A DNA stretch of 64,000 nt from Mobula hypostoma (GCF_963921235.1 NC_086108.1:91204001-91268000); one strand, 5' to 3'; shown: positions 23,108 through 36,537, numbered from the stretch's first letter. Numbers and translations: made by a program. Notes: generated by a model from the sequence alone, not told the origin.

Positions 23108-25015
23108 AAACCATAGAAACCATAGAAAAACTACAGCACATAAACAGGCCCTTTGGCCCTTCCTGGCTGTGCCAAACCATTTTCTGTCTAGTCCCACTGA
23201 CCTGCACACGGACCATATCCCTCCATACACCTCCCATCCATGTATCTGTCCAATTTAATCTTAAGTGTTAAAGAAGAACCCGCGTTTACCACCTCGTCTG
23301 GCAGCTCATTCCACACTCCCACCACTCTCTGTATGAAGAAGCCCCCCCTAATGTTCCCTTTAAACTTTTCCCCCTTCACCCTTTTCCCATGTCCTCTGGT
23401 TTTTTTCTACCCTTGCCTCAGTGGAAAAAGCCTGCTTGCATTCACTCTGTCTATACCCATCATAATTTTATATACCTCTATCAAATCTCCACTCGTTCTT
23501 CTACGCTCCAGGGAATAAAGTCCTAACCTATTCAACCTTTCTCTGTAACTGAGTTTCACAAGTCCCGGCAACCCTTGTAAACCTTCTCTGCACTCTTTCA
23601 ACCTTATTAATATCCTTCCTGTAATTTGGTGACCAAAACTGAAAACAATACTCTAGATTCGGCCTCACCAATGCCTTATACAACCTCATCATAACATTCC
23701 AGCTCTTATACTCAATACTTTGATTAATAAAGGCCAATGTACCAAAAGCTCTCTTTACGACCCTATCTACCTGTGACGCCACTTTTAGGGAATTTTGTAT
23801 CTGTATTCCCAGATCCCTCTGTTCCACTGACTCTCCTCAGTGCCTTACCATTTACCCTGTATGTTCTATCCTGGTTTGCCCTTCCGAAGTGCAATACCTC
23901 ACACTTGTCTGTATTAAACTCCATCTGCCATTTTTCAGCCGATTTTTCCAGCTGGTCTAAGTCCCTCTGCAAGCTTTGAAAACCTTCCTGACTGTCCACT
24001 ACACCTCCAATCTTTGTATCATCAGCAAACTTGCTGATCCAATTTACCACATTATCATCCAGATCATTGATATAGATGACAAATAACAATGGACCCAGCA
24101 CTGATCCCTGTGGCACACCACTAGCCACAGGCCTCCACTCTGAGAAACAATTCTCTACTACTTCTTGGCTTCTTCTATTGAGCCAATGTCTAATCCAATT
24201 TACCACCTCTCCATGTATACCTAGCAACTGAATTTTCCTAACTAATCTCCCATGTGGGACCTTGCCAAAGGCCTTACTGAAGTCCATGTAGACAACAATC
24301 ACTGTCTTCCCTTCATCCACTTTCCTGGTAACCTCCTCGAGAAACTCCAATAGATTGGTCAAACATGACCTACCACGCACAAAGCCATGTTGACTCTCCC
24401 TGATAAGTCCCTGTCTATCCAAATGCTTGTACATTCTGTCTCTTAGTACTCCCTCCAATAACTTACCCACTACCGACGTCAAACTTACCGGCCTATAATT
24501 TCCCGGATTACTTTTCGATCCTTTTTTAAACAACAGAACAACATGAGCTATCCTGCAATCCTCCGGCACCTCACCCATAGACACCGACATTTTAAATATA
24601 TCTGCCAGGGCCCCTGCGATTTCAACACTAGTCTCCTTCAAGGTCCGAGGCAATACCCTGTCAGGTCCTGGGGATTTATCCACTTTAATTTGCCTCAAGC
24701 AACTCCTCCTTTTCAATCTGTACAGTTTCCATGATCTCACTACTTGTTTCCCTTAATTCCATAGACTTCATGCCAGTTTCCTTAGTAAATACAGACGCAA
24801 AAATCCCATTTAAGATCTCCCCCATTTCTTTTGGTTCCGCACATAGCCGACCACTCTGATGTTCAATTTTATCCCTTACAATCCTTTTACTCTTAATATA
24901 CCTGTAAAAGCTCTTTGGATTATCCTTCACTTTGACTGCCAAGGCAACCTCATGTCTTCTTTTAGCCCTCCTGATTTCCTTCTTAAGTATTTTCTTGCAC
25001 TTTTTATACTTCTCA
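23108..25015 (-). mobile_element. CR1 LINE, 5'-truncated (RT)
   Basis: ORF 23763-24740 (GNYRPVSLTS, YMDFSKAF, GVPQGSVLGP, KFADDTK) and adjacent ORFs; (tatggtttc)n tail. Confidence 0.95.
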
Positions 25016-25796
25016 AATCTTCGCTGAATTTTCAAAATAAACCTGAAGAACACCAAAAGTTGCCCAATTTATCACAAACCACATACACTGTCACTACCTA
25101 TCCTTTTAGTTATGTGCTTCTTTATTCACTAGTTATAACACGGATAATCAATGATGCAACAAATTGCAAGTGCAATGGTAGCATCAATAGATTTCAGAGA
25201 TCAGACTGTAAAGGTTAATGAAACATTTCAGTATGGACCATCAAATGCCAGTGTTACCAAATGTTCTGTTCGATGCTTATGCAACTACAGACTTAAGAAC
25301 TGTCTCTTGTGAGTTTTGATTTAAAGATGCGCTGTATGTGTCAAAGTCTTCAATTCTCAGGACATAGTGATAATTGGGGATGAAAGAGGTCACTCTCTGC
25401 CTTTCTTAATTTATCCCACTATAACATCACTAATTGATTTTAAAATAATTGCTATTCCTTTGCCTTCATTGTCCTAAATCAATACGCATTTGCCATTCTT
25501 GGTATAAGTACATTTTTGGGATAATTCCAAAAACAAAGTTCTTGCTAGTTAAATCCTGTACTCTGATTCTATTGCACAGTATTATATAATGTGAAATTTC
25601 AAATGTTGTACTTTTATATATTGATTTAAACCCTCATGCACCCCCATAACATCAGCTTGCTTTTCCATTAGCCTGTCATCAGGATTCTTCCCTGGAGTGG
25701 GTTCCAGTTCACAATTTTCTCCACTTATTTCTTCAGGAGTAGAAGCGGAAACTTCTAGAAGAGCACCTTAAAGGTGACCATTTACTTTTCTGATGC

Positions 25797-27690
25797 AAGT
25801 TCAAAGTAAATTTATTATCAAAGTACATATACAGCCCTGAGATTCATTTGCCATTTGCTTGTGGGAAATCACAGGAAATACAAGAAACACAATAGAATCA
25901 ATGAAGGACCACACCCAACAGGACGGTTGAACAACCCATGTGCAAAACATGACAAACTGTGCAAATATAAGTGGTACATATCTCGTGAGTAACTCGTGAA
26001 TATGATGTAATTGTCTTATGCTATTGGAATGATATAATTCTCCTGTGATAGTGATATCTCGTAATGGCATGTTCTAACTGGTATATAAGGGGAGACCGCA
26101 GTTGTTGCGTAGTTCGTCTTGGTGGGAACTCACCATTGGTAGTTAAGCCATCGGAGAAGAAGAGCGAGTGAGAGTGAAGAATCCGAATGAACCCTGGAGG
26201 GATTGGGGTTAACCAGCAGCGTTCAGCGCATTACGGCTGTGACTGACATTTGGAACCGTCCATATGTGGCACACATGTTTTGTTAACCCTTACACGGTTT
26301 GGGTATTATGTGATGACCACTTCCAGCAGAAAAGTCACTTACTTTGAGAACTCGTATTCTGCGTCATAACTTCTGACAAGGCGTTTCGGCTGGGAGCTGC
26401 GTCAGCAGTGACGTCTTCACTTCGGGAACTGTTCCAAAGCTGGTTCGGGAAGTCTGTCCTCTCGAATTTCAGGAATCATTTGGGCTTATTAAATTACAAC
26501 CTTAAGACAGTGCTTAAATGGTATCTGTTGAGAATTGTCTTTAAGTTCAACTGTTTGATAACTATAGAAGCATAATGCTGCTAACATCTGTTTAAGTTAA
26601 TTGTTCGTTTACTGTTCCATTTTTATTTGAGTAGAGGTTAATAAATGTCGTTGTTTATTTTATAAAAGCTCAACTCAAATGTACCTCTATTGTGCTGATT
26701 CACAACAAAAGAAAGAGCAGAAGAAGAAATAATAATAATAATAAATAAGCAATAAACATCAAGAACATGAGATGAAGAGACCTTAAAAGTGAGCCCATAG
26801 ATTGTGGGAAGAGTTTGGTGATGGTGTGAATGAAGTTACCCATATGACTCAAGAGCCTGATGGTTGAGGGGTAATAACTGTTCCTGAACCTGAGGCTCCT
26901 GTACCTTCTTTCAGATGACAGCAGCGAGAAGAGGGCCTGGCCTAGATAGTGCGGGTCCTTGATGATAGATGCTGATTTCCCGCGACTGCACTCCATGTAG
27001 ATTGGCTCAATGTTGAGGAGTGCTCTACCTGTGATGGACTGCGTCATCTTCTTATTGTAGGATTTTCTGTTCAAGGGCATTGATGTTTCCATATCTGGCT
27101 GTGATGCAACCAGTCAATATACTCTCCACCACACATATTTAGAAGTTTGTCAAAGTTTTAGATGACGTGCCAAATTTTCATGAACTTTTAAGGAAGTAGA
27201 GGTGCTACCACACTTCCTTTGTAATTGCACTTACATGCTGGACTCAGGGCAGATCCTCTGAAATGATAACGTCAAGGAATTTAAAGTTTCTGGCACTCTC
27301 CTTCTGTGATCCCCCAGTCAGGACTGGTTCATGGACCTTCAGTTTCCTCCTCTTGAAGTCAATAATCAGCTCCTTTGTCTTACTGGCACCAAGTGAGAGG
27401 TTGTTCCTGTGGCATCATTCAGCCAAATTTTCATATCTCCCCCTTTCATGCTGATTTGTCTCCATGCTTGATTCATCAACAACAACAACATCAGCAAACT
27501 TAAATATGGCATTGGAGCTCTGCTTTGCCTAACAGTCATAATTATAAAGTGAGTAGAGTAGGGGGCTAAGCACACAGCCTTGTGGTACACCTGTGCTGAT
27601 AGAGATTGTGAAGGAGGCGTCCTTGCCAATCTGAACTGGCTGGGGTCTGCAAATGAGGATATAGAGGATCCAACTGTACAGTGGTATTGT
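25797..27690 (-). mobile_element. Rex1/Babar LINE 3' fragment interrupted by a solo LTR
   Basis: TGVPQG and SIIKDPH/RFRNSYYP motifs; tail 'aagttcaaagtaaatttattatcaaag'. Confidence 0.85.
25971..26706 (+). mobile_element. Solo LTR
   Basis: Interrupts the Rex 3' UTR; ends ...cacaaCA; TATA-like gtatataagg at about 26081 and AATAAA at about 26640; TSD not clear. Confidence 0.7.
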
Positions 27691-27739
27691 TTGGTTACAT
27701 CACAGCCAGTAGTATGGGGGCTCCAATTTCACAGGAGTG

Positions 27740-28125
27740 CAGGAGGTTGCAGAAGGTCATAGATTTGCCAGCTTCATGATGGACATAAAGCTCCCAACCC
27801 ACTATCGAGAACATCTTCTGGAGGCACATCAAGAAGGTGGCATCCATCATTATGGAATGTCACCATCCAGGGCATGCCCTCTTCTCATTACTACCATCAG
27901 GGAGGAAGTCAAGAAGTCTGAAGACCCACACTCAATGATTCAAGAGCAACTTCTTTCCTTCTCTACTCAAATTTCTGAATGGCCCGAGAACACTACCTCA
28001 GCTATTGTACTATTTATTGATTTTTTAATTTATATTAATTTACATCTTTGCACTGTACTGCCGCTTCAAAACAACAAACTTCACACTATATAAGACGGTG
28101 ATAATAAAACTGATTCTGATTCAGA
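27740..28125 (+). mobile_element. Rex1/Babar 3' fragment
   Basis: HPGHAL...RFKSNFF-like text; tail aataaaactgattctgatt. Confidence 0.8.
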
Positions 28126-28594
28126 TGACAATTTATCAGTAACACATTAGTAATTGAACAAACCACCCATTATCCCAGGCGGCTGCTTTACAGTTCTGAT
28201 TATGTAATACATTTTTAGTATGCAATTATATCACAGTCTTTCAAAGGTGGCCCTTTGGCATGTGTCAGCGTGCTACAGAATGCATTATTCCTCCTATTTA
28301 CATTTTTCATATAGATATTATGGTATACTAACTCCCAATCTGCCTTTGCATTTTTCATAGATTCATTTGAATTTCAAACAAAGCTTTTCATCCTGGCTGA
28401 ATATATAGACAACAGGAAAAGTAGATTCAACTGATTTTACTCAAGGTGGATGAAGATGCATGAAAAATGAGTTGGGTCATGTTCTGTATGAAAACAGAAT
28501 AAGAATTGCACATTCAAAGACTCTAAAAGCAACCAAATAAATCGTGACTGAAGTTTTATTTTACATTGCTCGAAGTTTCACTTTACAGGACTCC

Positions 28595-30120
28595 AGGAAC
28601 TTTGTTCCCTAGAGTGCAGGAGAATAATGGGAGATTTGATAGAGGCATACAAAATTCAGAGGGGTGTAGATGGGTAAGTGAAAGCAGGCTTTTGCCACTG
28701 AGGCTGGGTGAGATGACAACTAGAGGTCATGGGTTAAGGGTGAAAGGAGAAATGTTTGAGGGGAACCTGAGGGGGAACATCTTTACTCAGAGGATGGTAA
28801 GAGTGTGGAATGAGCTGCCTGAAGATGTGGTGGATGTGGGGTTGATGTCAACGTTTAAGAGAAATTTGGGTATGTACATGGATGGGAGGGATATAGAGGG
28901 CTGTGGTCTGGGTGCAGGTTGATGGGACTAGGCAGAATTATAGTTTGGTATGGACTAGATGGGCCAAAGGGTCTGTTTCTATGCTGTAGTGCTCAGTGTC
29001 TCTGTGACTCTATGTCTTGGGACTTGGCGTGAGAGCAGGGGAGTTTGAAAGAGGTAGGTCTCGGGACTTGCTTGTGAGTTTCACCAGCAGGACTCTAAAA
29101 GGGTTTTCCTGTGGGCATTCCCCTCACTAACAGACAAACCTCTTTGGGTACTGTTGAAGGGAATATTCTTTCAAGGGCTAGCAGCAGTAGTTGGGCTTGT
29201 GTCTGTAATCAGGTCTGATGCTCAGGGGGAAGAGGTGAGTGCATCTTGCAGGACTCTAAAAAGAGGCATGTTTGCTGATTGTTAATTAACAGCTGACTGT
29301 ACAATGAGCTAATTAACATCAGCCAGGAGAAAGGTCAGGTGGAGTGGCCATTGTGACAGTGGGCCAGTGTAGCAGTGGTGCTTTGGCTCTAGGGGCTCAA
29401 GTGGCCAAGGTGTTGGGTGTGAGATCTGATCTTTAAAATGCTTCACTGAAAAAAACAAATAAAGCTTTATTTTGTTGTTATCTTTAGCACATGATTCAAT
29501 GTAGGCAGTTAGGGTAGTGGAATGCTCCTCCTACAAGATGCGGGAGATCAGAGAATCTCATGGCCACCCTGAAGATTACAACGGTGAGAAGTTAAGAAGC
29601 AAGGGTCGTGATCTCCTGATTACTCCTGGTGCCATGTGTTGGTAAAGTAAGAATGGTAAGGTAGGCTAGATGAATTAGTTGCCGAGGAGCTGGTGTAGGG
29701 GTTAGGGATTCAGGTTAGAGTCATAGTCAGAGAGTAATACATTGTGGGAAATAGACTTTGAAAAAGAATAGAGGAGAAATTGTGGAGGCTCTCGCAGAGG
29801 TATTTGCTTCATTGTTAGCCACTGGTGAAGTTCCCAAAGATTGGAAGATGTCTACTGTTGCTCCATTGTTGAAAAAGGGAATGAAGGCCAGTCATCCTGA
29901 CATCATAGTGGGGAAGTTACTGGAGGGGATTCTGATGGATAGGATCTACCAGCATTTGGACGGACAGAGTCTGATTAGGAAGTGTGGCTCAGTATGGCTT
30001 TGTGCTTTGTGTTTGACAAACCTTTTAGTTTTTTGAAGAGGTAACCAAAAAGGCAGATGATGAGCAGACAATGGATTTTGTCTGTTAGGCATTAGCAAGG
30101 TGGGCTAATCTGGAAGGTAC
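28595..30120 (+). mobile_element. CR1 fragments: 3' end at 28595-29015; decayed 5'/ORF1/RT pieces at 29020-30120
   Basis: ORF 28566-28922 (TRGHGLRVKG, FTQRMVRVWNELP) and ORF 29758-30036 (TGEVPKDWK). Confidence 0.8.
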
Positions 30121-31700
30121 CATAACAACAACCTCTTACTCAATGTCAGCAAGATCAAGGAGCTGATTATTGACTTTAGGAAGAAGAAACCAGAGATCCA
30201 TGAGCCGGTCCTCAACAGAGGATCAGAACTGGAGAGTTGCTCAGCATTATTATTTCAGGGGACCTGTCTTGGGCCCAGTGAAGAAAGCATGACAGCACTT
30301 TTAATTCCTTAGAAGTTTGCGAAGAATAGGAATGACATCTAAAACTTTGACAAACTTCTATAGATGCGTGGTGGAGAGTATATTGACTCTTTTCAATACA
30401 GTCTAGTATGGAAGCACCAATGCCCTTGAAAGGACCATCCCACAAAAGTAGTGGATACAGCCCAGTTCATCACCGGTAAAGCCCTCTCCACCATTGGGCA
30501 CATCTACACCAGAGCGCTGTCACAGAAAAGCAGCATCCATCATCAGTAACTCCCATCACCTAGGTCATGCTCTCTTCTTGCTGCTGCTATCAGAAAGAAG
30601 GTACAGGAGTCTCAGGACCCACACATCTAGATTCAGAAACAATTATTATCCCTCAATTATTAAACTCTTAAACCAGATGGGATAACTTTACTGAACTTCA
30701 CACCCCATCACTGAACTCTTCCCACAACCTACTCATTTCCAGGGACTCGTCACCTCATGTTCTCAATATTTATTGCTTATGGATTTCAAAGGTTTCTAAG
30801 GTACATTTAATGTCAGAGAAATTTATACAATATACATCCTGAAATTCTTTTTCTTTGCAAACATCCATGAAAACAAAGGAGTGCCACAAAGAATGAATGA
30901 CAGTTAAATGTTAGAACCCAAAGTTCCCCCAACTTCCCCCATCCACACATAAGCAGCAGCAAAGCAACAATCCCCCCTCCCCCACCAGCAAAAAAGTATC
31001 AGCGCCCCCCACCGAACACTCAAACATGCAGAAAAGCATCAATAAAGACACAGGCTTGCAGTACCCCAAAGACTACTCGTTCACCCAGTATTTGACTTAC
31101 CACAGGCTCTCCCTCTCTCTCCCTAATAAGGGAAAAAGAGGTGACCCTGTTGAACTCAGGTCTCTGGGCACACAACCAGCAGCCACCTTGCTGCTTTTGA
31201 TCTTCCATGTCCCACAACACACCAATTTCTGGTGGCGGAACTGACCTCGTGTCCGCCCACCTCCGGAGCCACAAAATCCTGGAACCCTGAAGGCACACTA
31301 GTCCTCTAGGCTGTGTCCTTGGCATATCAAATAGCAGCCAGTCATGAGACCCCAAGAGCTGGTCCCATTCCCACAAAGAACCGAAGTCAGCATGTATCTC
31401 CAGGTCAAGGTCGTCAAAAGAACCCTGAAAGGGAAAAATAAAGATATTAAACATAGAAATAGAGCTGCTTCCGAAGATGCAAGCAAAGGGTCACCATTAG
31501 GTGCCATCGTTACACTAAGCACCTTTATCTATCTATTTATTTATCTTTTGTATTTGCACAGTTCGTAATCTTTTGCACATTGGTTGTTTGTCCGTCCTGT
31601 TGATTGTGGCTTTTCATTGATTCTATTGTGTTTCTTGGATTTACTGCATATACCCGCAAGAAAACGAGTCTCAGGATTGTATATGGTGATATATTTGTAC
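30115..31700 (+). mobile_element. Rex1/Babar 3' fragment split by a minus-strand short element
   Basis: NNLLLNVSKIKELIIDFR; ORF 30494-30685; the 3' UTR resumes at about 31523. Confidence 0.8.
30785..31520 (-). mobile_element. Short non-autonomous Rex1-related element
   Basis: Rex-like tail 'ttcaaaggtttctaaggtacatttaatgtcagag' and a 5' 'gatggcacc' head with no RT between. Confidence 0.55.
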
Positions 31701-31711
31701 GTTGCTCTTGG

Positions 31712-32075
31712 TTCACCACTATACTTCTATAGAAATTTGTAAAAGTCTTTGGTGATATACCATATTCCTTCAAACTCCTAATGAAGTTGTGCCTCTGGCA
31801 TGCGTTCTTCATGATTGCATTAATATATTGCACCCAGGGCAGATTCTTAGAGATGTTGATATCCAGGAACTTAAAACTGCTAATTCTTTCCATTGCTAAC
31901 CCCTCAATGAGGATTAGTGCGTGTTTTCCCGGCTTCCCCTTGCTGAAGTCCTTGACCTCCATGGTCTCCTTGAGTGTGAAGTCGTTGTCATGACATCGCT
32001 CACCAAGCTGATCTGTCTCATTCCTTTGTACTTCCTCATTGCCACCTGAGTTTTTACCAACAACAGTAGAGTCTA
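31712..32075 (-). mobile_element. Rex1/Babar RT fragment
   Basis: ERISSFKFLDINIS, FIRSLKEYG, TFTNFYR. Confidence 0.8.
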
Positions 32076-32202
32076 CTTAGGCAAAACTCAAGGAATATAC
32101 ACTGCCAGCATAGTTCTACAAGCAAGTTATTTCACTTCACTCCGAGGAATAGCTGCTTTGAGCCATTTTATTATACTGTACTTCCAGTTTTCATGCTTTC
32201 GC

Positions 32203-32453
32203 CTTCTTCTTCTTAGCCTATCACCACTAATCGAGCATTGGCCACTGACAGCAAACCCCCAGAGGCCTCTGTCCTGGGCCAGTCTTTTCAAATTGTTCCC
32301 ACTGTAGCCCATCTTCGAAGATACTTCCTCTCTCAGGGATGAGGTCTTCTATTAGCTCTTGATTTTGTTTTTTATTGGTGGGATGGGGTTGCTAGCTCCA
32401 TGCCCAACACTCCTCCTTTCACAGGCAGGCTTGGGACCATTCATGGTTGAATT
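32203..32453 (-). mobile_element. Bipartite RTE-derived short element
   Basis: RTE-type 5' motif ggtcccaagcc...aaaggaggag..ttgggcatggagctagcaaccccatccc joined to an RTE C-terminal remnant (MGYSGNNLKRLAQDRGLW) and an (aag)n tail. Confidence 0.75.
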
Positions 32454-33064
32454 CATACTATCATTATGTCATTCATAAATTGGACGTGGACATCAAAAGC
32501 AGTGAGTGAAATCAGAAGACGTGTGCAAAATAATACCAAATAAAACTGTGCCCAGAACGTTAAATTAACAAAATCTCAGAAAAATACAGTTGACATTAAA
32601 ACTGAAAGAGAGAATTTTAAATGATTATTAAAGTTACATTAATTCTGAAACGTATTTTTCTTCCAAAACACACTGACTTGTGTTGTTTCATATAATGTAA
32701 ACAGTTAGAACTTTTGTGGGTGTTTTTAACAATTTTGTAGCCTGAGGCAGACATCAAAGAAGACAATTGCAAACAGTAGGGTGCCATAATTAAATATTAT
32801 GAATTGGATACTTCAGTATCACAGGAATATCAATGCAGGAAATTAGGATTTTGCATGACAGTAAATCCTACGAATTTAGTACCAGCAGGTAACTGAGGTG
32901 CTTGTCAGATGTTCCAACTCATCTGTACCCCATTATTCATTTTTATTCTTACAATTTTTGAAGACTGGAAATCTGAGATTAGAAGGACAATTTTTTTTCA
33001 AATTTGTAAGATGAGTTGCTCAGGGTAATCCACAGACGAGAAATTGGGCAAACTTCGATTGGCT

Positions 33065-33400
33065 TCCCTGGAGCACTGGAGACCAAGGGAAGGTCTGACA
33101 GAAGTTTATAAAGTTATTTGAGGCACAGGTTGGGTAGACGGGTCAGAATCTTTTTCCCAGGATAAAAATGGTGAATACTAGAGGGAATAGCTTTAAGGTG
33201 AGAGGGGGATAGTTTGAAAGATATGTGCTAGGCAAGCGATTTTCACGGAGTGGTAAGTGCCTGGAATGCACCGCCAGGAGTGGTATTGGAAGCTGATGCA
33301 AAAGAAGTATCAATGAAACTTTTTGACTGACACGATATGCAGGAAATAGAGGGATATGCATCATGTGCCGGCAGAAGGAATTAGTTTAGTTTAGCATTGA
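33065..33400 (+). mobile_element. CR1 3' fragment
   Basis: EVYKVI...LFPR...NTRGNSFKVRG. Confidence 0.75.
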
Positions 33401-33539
33401 ACAATGCCAGAGATGGAGGACCTTCATTTCTGCCCTAAATGCCAGCAGTGTAATAGGTAGTAAGCAAGCTCACGATATCTAATATTTCCAGAATTTCCAC
33501 CTATTTCCAACCCCACCCCTCCTTACTCTGCATCTAAAC

Positions 33540-36537
33540 ACGTGCCATTCCAGTGGCCCAATCAGCGGTGGGAGCAGCGCACAGAGAGGAGGTTTCTCGC
33601 GGGTCAGCAGGAGCAACACAGAAATGAGTAAATAAAAGTACAGAGCGGACAAGTGGAGCCGCCATTGTTGGGAGTGGGCCAGTGGTGAGAGTCAGAGTGT
33701 CAGGCTTTGGCTCGGAAGAGGCATTAGCTCTGGGTAAGTTTCTGTTAAGCTTCCCTTTTTTCCTTACTGTGTCAGGCATACTTAGTGTAGCTTAAATGAC
33801 CATTGTGTGCTCTTCGTGTTGGATGTTGGAGTCCTGGGAGATCCAGAGTCTCTGCACACCGTGCATCCAGCTGCATCTCCGTGAAGACCATGTTAGGGAT
33901 CTGGAGCAGCAGCTGGATGATCTTCGGCTTGTACGGGAGAGTGAGGAGATCACTGATCGGAGTTACAGGGAAGTAGTCACCACTAAGTTGCAGGAGGTTG
34001 GGTGACTGTCAGGAGAAGAAATAGGAAAGAGAATAGATAGTTAGCACAGAGCACCCCTGTTTGGCATTTCCCTCAATAATGAGTATACTGCCTTGGATAC
34101 CGTTGTGGGGAATGACCTCACAGGGGAATGTCACAGAGACCAGGCTACTGGCACTGAGCATGGGGCTGTGGTGCTGAAAGGAAAGAGAGAGAAGAGGGGA
34201 GCAGTAGTGATAGGGGAGTCACTAGTAAGAGGAACAGACAGGAGATTCTGTAGATGTGAACAGGACACCTGGATGGTATGTTGCCTTCTAGGTGCCTGGG
34301 TCAGGGACAACTTGGACATCACATCCACAGTATTTTGAAGAGGGAGGGAGAGAGCAGCCAGATGTCTTGGTACACATTAGTAGCAATGACATAGGAAGGA
34401 AAAGCAAAGAGGTCCTGAAGAAAGAATTTAGAGAGCTAGGCAAAAAGCTGAGAAGCAGGACCTCCTGGATAATAATTTCTGGATTGCTACCTGTGTCACC
34501 TGCTAATGAGGGTAGAAACAGGATGATATGGCAGATAAATGTGCGGCTGAGAAGCTGGTGCTGGGGGCAGGGCTTCAGGTTCTTGGATCATTGGGATCTC
34601 TTCTGGGCGAGGTAGTGCTCGGGCAAAAGGGGAATGTTGCACCTGAACCTGAGGGAGACAAAATTCTCATGGGTAGGTTTGTTAGAGCTGTTGGGGAGTG
34701 TTTAAACGAATTTGGCAGGATGGTGGGAACTGGAGTGAAGGGATTCAGGGTATGACAGATGGTAAAAGAAAAACAAAATAACTTGCAGTCAGACTGTCAA
34801 GAAGGGCAAGCAGATCATAAGACAAAATTGCAGCTAGCAGGGTGAGTATCAGTGTACTAGGGGTGCTGGATCAAAAAGGGTAGCAAATACAGTACTCGAA
34901 GTGCTATTTCTCAGTGCATGGAGTATAAGAAATAAAGTGGATAATCTTGCTATTTTACAAATTGTTGGGTATGAGGTTGAAGTCATTACTGAATAATGAC
35001 TTAATAATGATTACAGTTAGGAGCTGAATGTCCAAGGGTATACATTGTAGGAAGGTAGGCAGAGGGGGTGGTGTGTCTCTTGGGTTAAAAAATGACATCA
35101 AATCATTAGAAAGATGTAACATAGGATCAAAAAATGTTGAATCCTTGTGGGTTAAGTTAAGAAACTGCAAGGGTAAAAGGACCTTGATGGCAGTTATATA
35201 TAGGTCTCCAAACAGTAGCTGCGATGTGGACTACAGCTTAAGTTAAAGGAACCCTTAGGAGGCAGTGATCACAATATGAGTGAGTTCAACTGGAAATTTG
35301 ATAAGGAGAAAGTAGGGTCTGATGTAGCAGTATTTGAATTCAGTAAAGGAAATTACAATGGCATGAGAGAGGAGTTGGCCAGGGTAAATTGGAGGGAGAT
35401 GCTGGCATGGATGACAGCAGAACAGCAATAGCTTGGGTTTCTGGGAAAAATGAGGAAGGTGCAAGACAGATGTATTCCAAAAACAAAGAAACACACAAAT
35501 GGCAAAGTAGTACAACCATGGCTGACAAGGAAAGTCAAAGCTAATGTAAAGGCAAAAGAGAGAGCATACAGCAAATTAGTGGGATAATAGAGGATTGGGA
35601 AGCTTTTAAAAATCTACAGAAAGTAATTTAAAGAGTTATTAGGAGGGAAAGGATGAAAGATGAAAGCAATATCAAGGTAGATAGAAAATCTTTCTCAAGT
35701 ATATAAAAAATAAAAGAGATGAGCATGGATATCAGACTGCTAGAAAATGAGACTGGAGACATAATAACGGGGACAAGGAGATGGCAGATGAGTATTTCGC
35801 ATCTGTCTTCACTGTGGGAGACACTCGCAGTGTCCCAGGTGTTGAAGGGCAGCTACTATTACAAAGAAGAAGGTGCTCAAAAAGCTGAAAGACCTAAAGG
35901 TACATAAGTCACCCAGAACAAATGAACTGACCATAGGGTTCTGAAAAAGGTAGCGATAGAGATTGTGGAGGCATCAGTAATGATCTTTCAAGAATCATTG
36001 GACTCTGGCATGGTTCCAGAGGATTGGAAAATTTCAAATGTCATTCCACTCTTTAAGAAAGGAGGAAGGCAACAGAAATGAAACTATAGACCAGTTAGCC
36101 TGACCTCAGTGGTTGGGAAGATATTGGGGTCAATTATTAATGCTGAAGTTATGGAGTACTTGATGACACACGACAAGATGGGACATGGTTTCCTTAAGGG
36201 AAAATCTTGCCTGATAAACCTATTGCAATTCTTTGAGGAGATAAAGGGAATGTGGTGGATGTTGTATATTTGGATTTTCAGAAGGCCTTTGACAAGGTGC
36301 CACATGAGGCTGCCTACCCAGTTAAGAGCCCATGGTTTTACAGGAAATTTACTAGCATGGTTAGAGCATTGGCTGATTGGTAAGAGGCAGCGAGTAGGAA
36401 TAAAAGGATCCTTTTCTGTTTGGCTGCCAGTGACTCGTAGTGTTCCGCAGGGTCAGCGTTGGGACTATTTCTTTTTATGCTGTCTATCAATGATTTAGAT
36501 GATGGAATAGAAGGCTTTGTTGCCAAGTTTGCAGATG
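33540..36537 (+). mobile_element. CR1 LINE retaining 5' UTR, ORF1 (Zn finger, coiled coil, SGNH esterase) and decayed ORF2
   Basis: CSSC..CTPC plus LEQQLDDLRL (33796-34005); AVVIGESLVRGTD, VCCLLGA and VLVHISSNDIG (34093-34615); APE and RT remnants to 36537. Confidence 0.9.

Noticed and set aside
23763..24740. Longest ORF (325 aa RT) as an active or domesticated gene
   Set aside because: 5'-truncated CR1 copy with frameshifts on both sides and no endonuclease domain.
25365..25432. Weak hairpin (agtgat...atcact)
   Set aside because: Pairing is short and interrupted, consistent with chance in AT-rich DNA.
30770..30779. ttattgctta, matching the start of miR-137 (a DPYD neighbour in vertebrates)
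   Set aside because: Only 10 nt match, it lies in a Rex 3' UTR, there is no precursor hairpin, and miR-137 is expected on the 5' side of DPYD.
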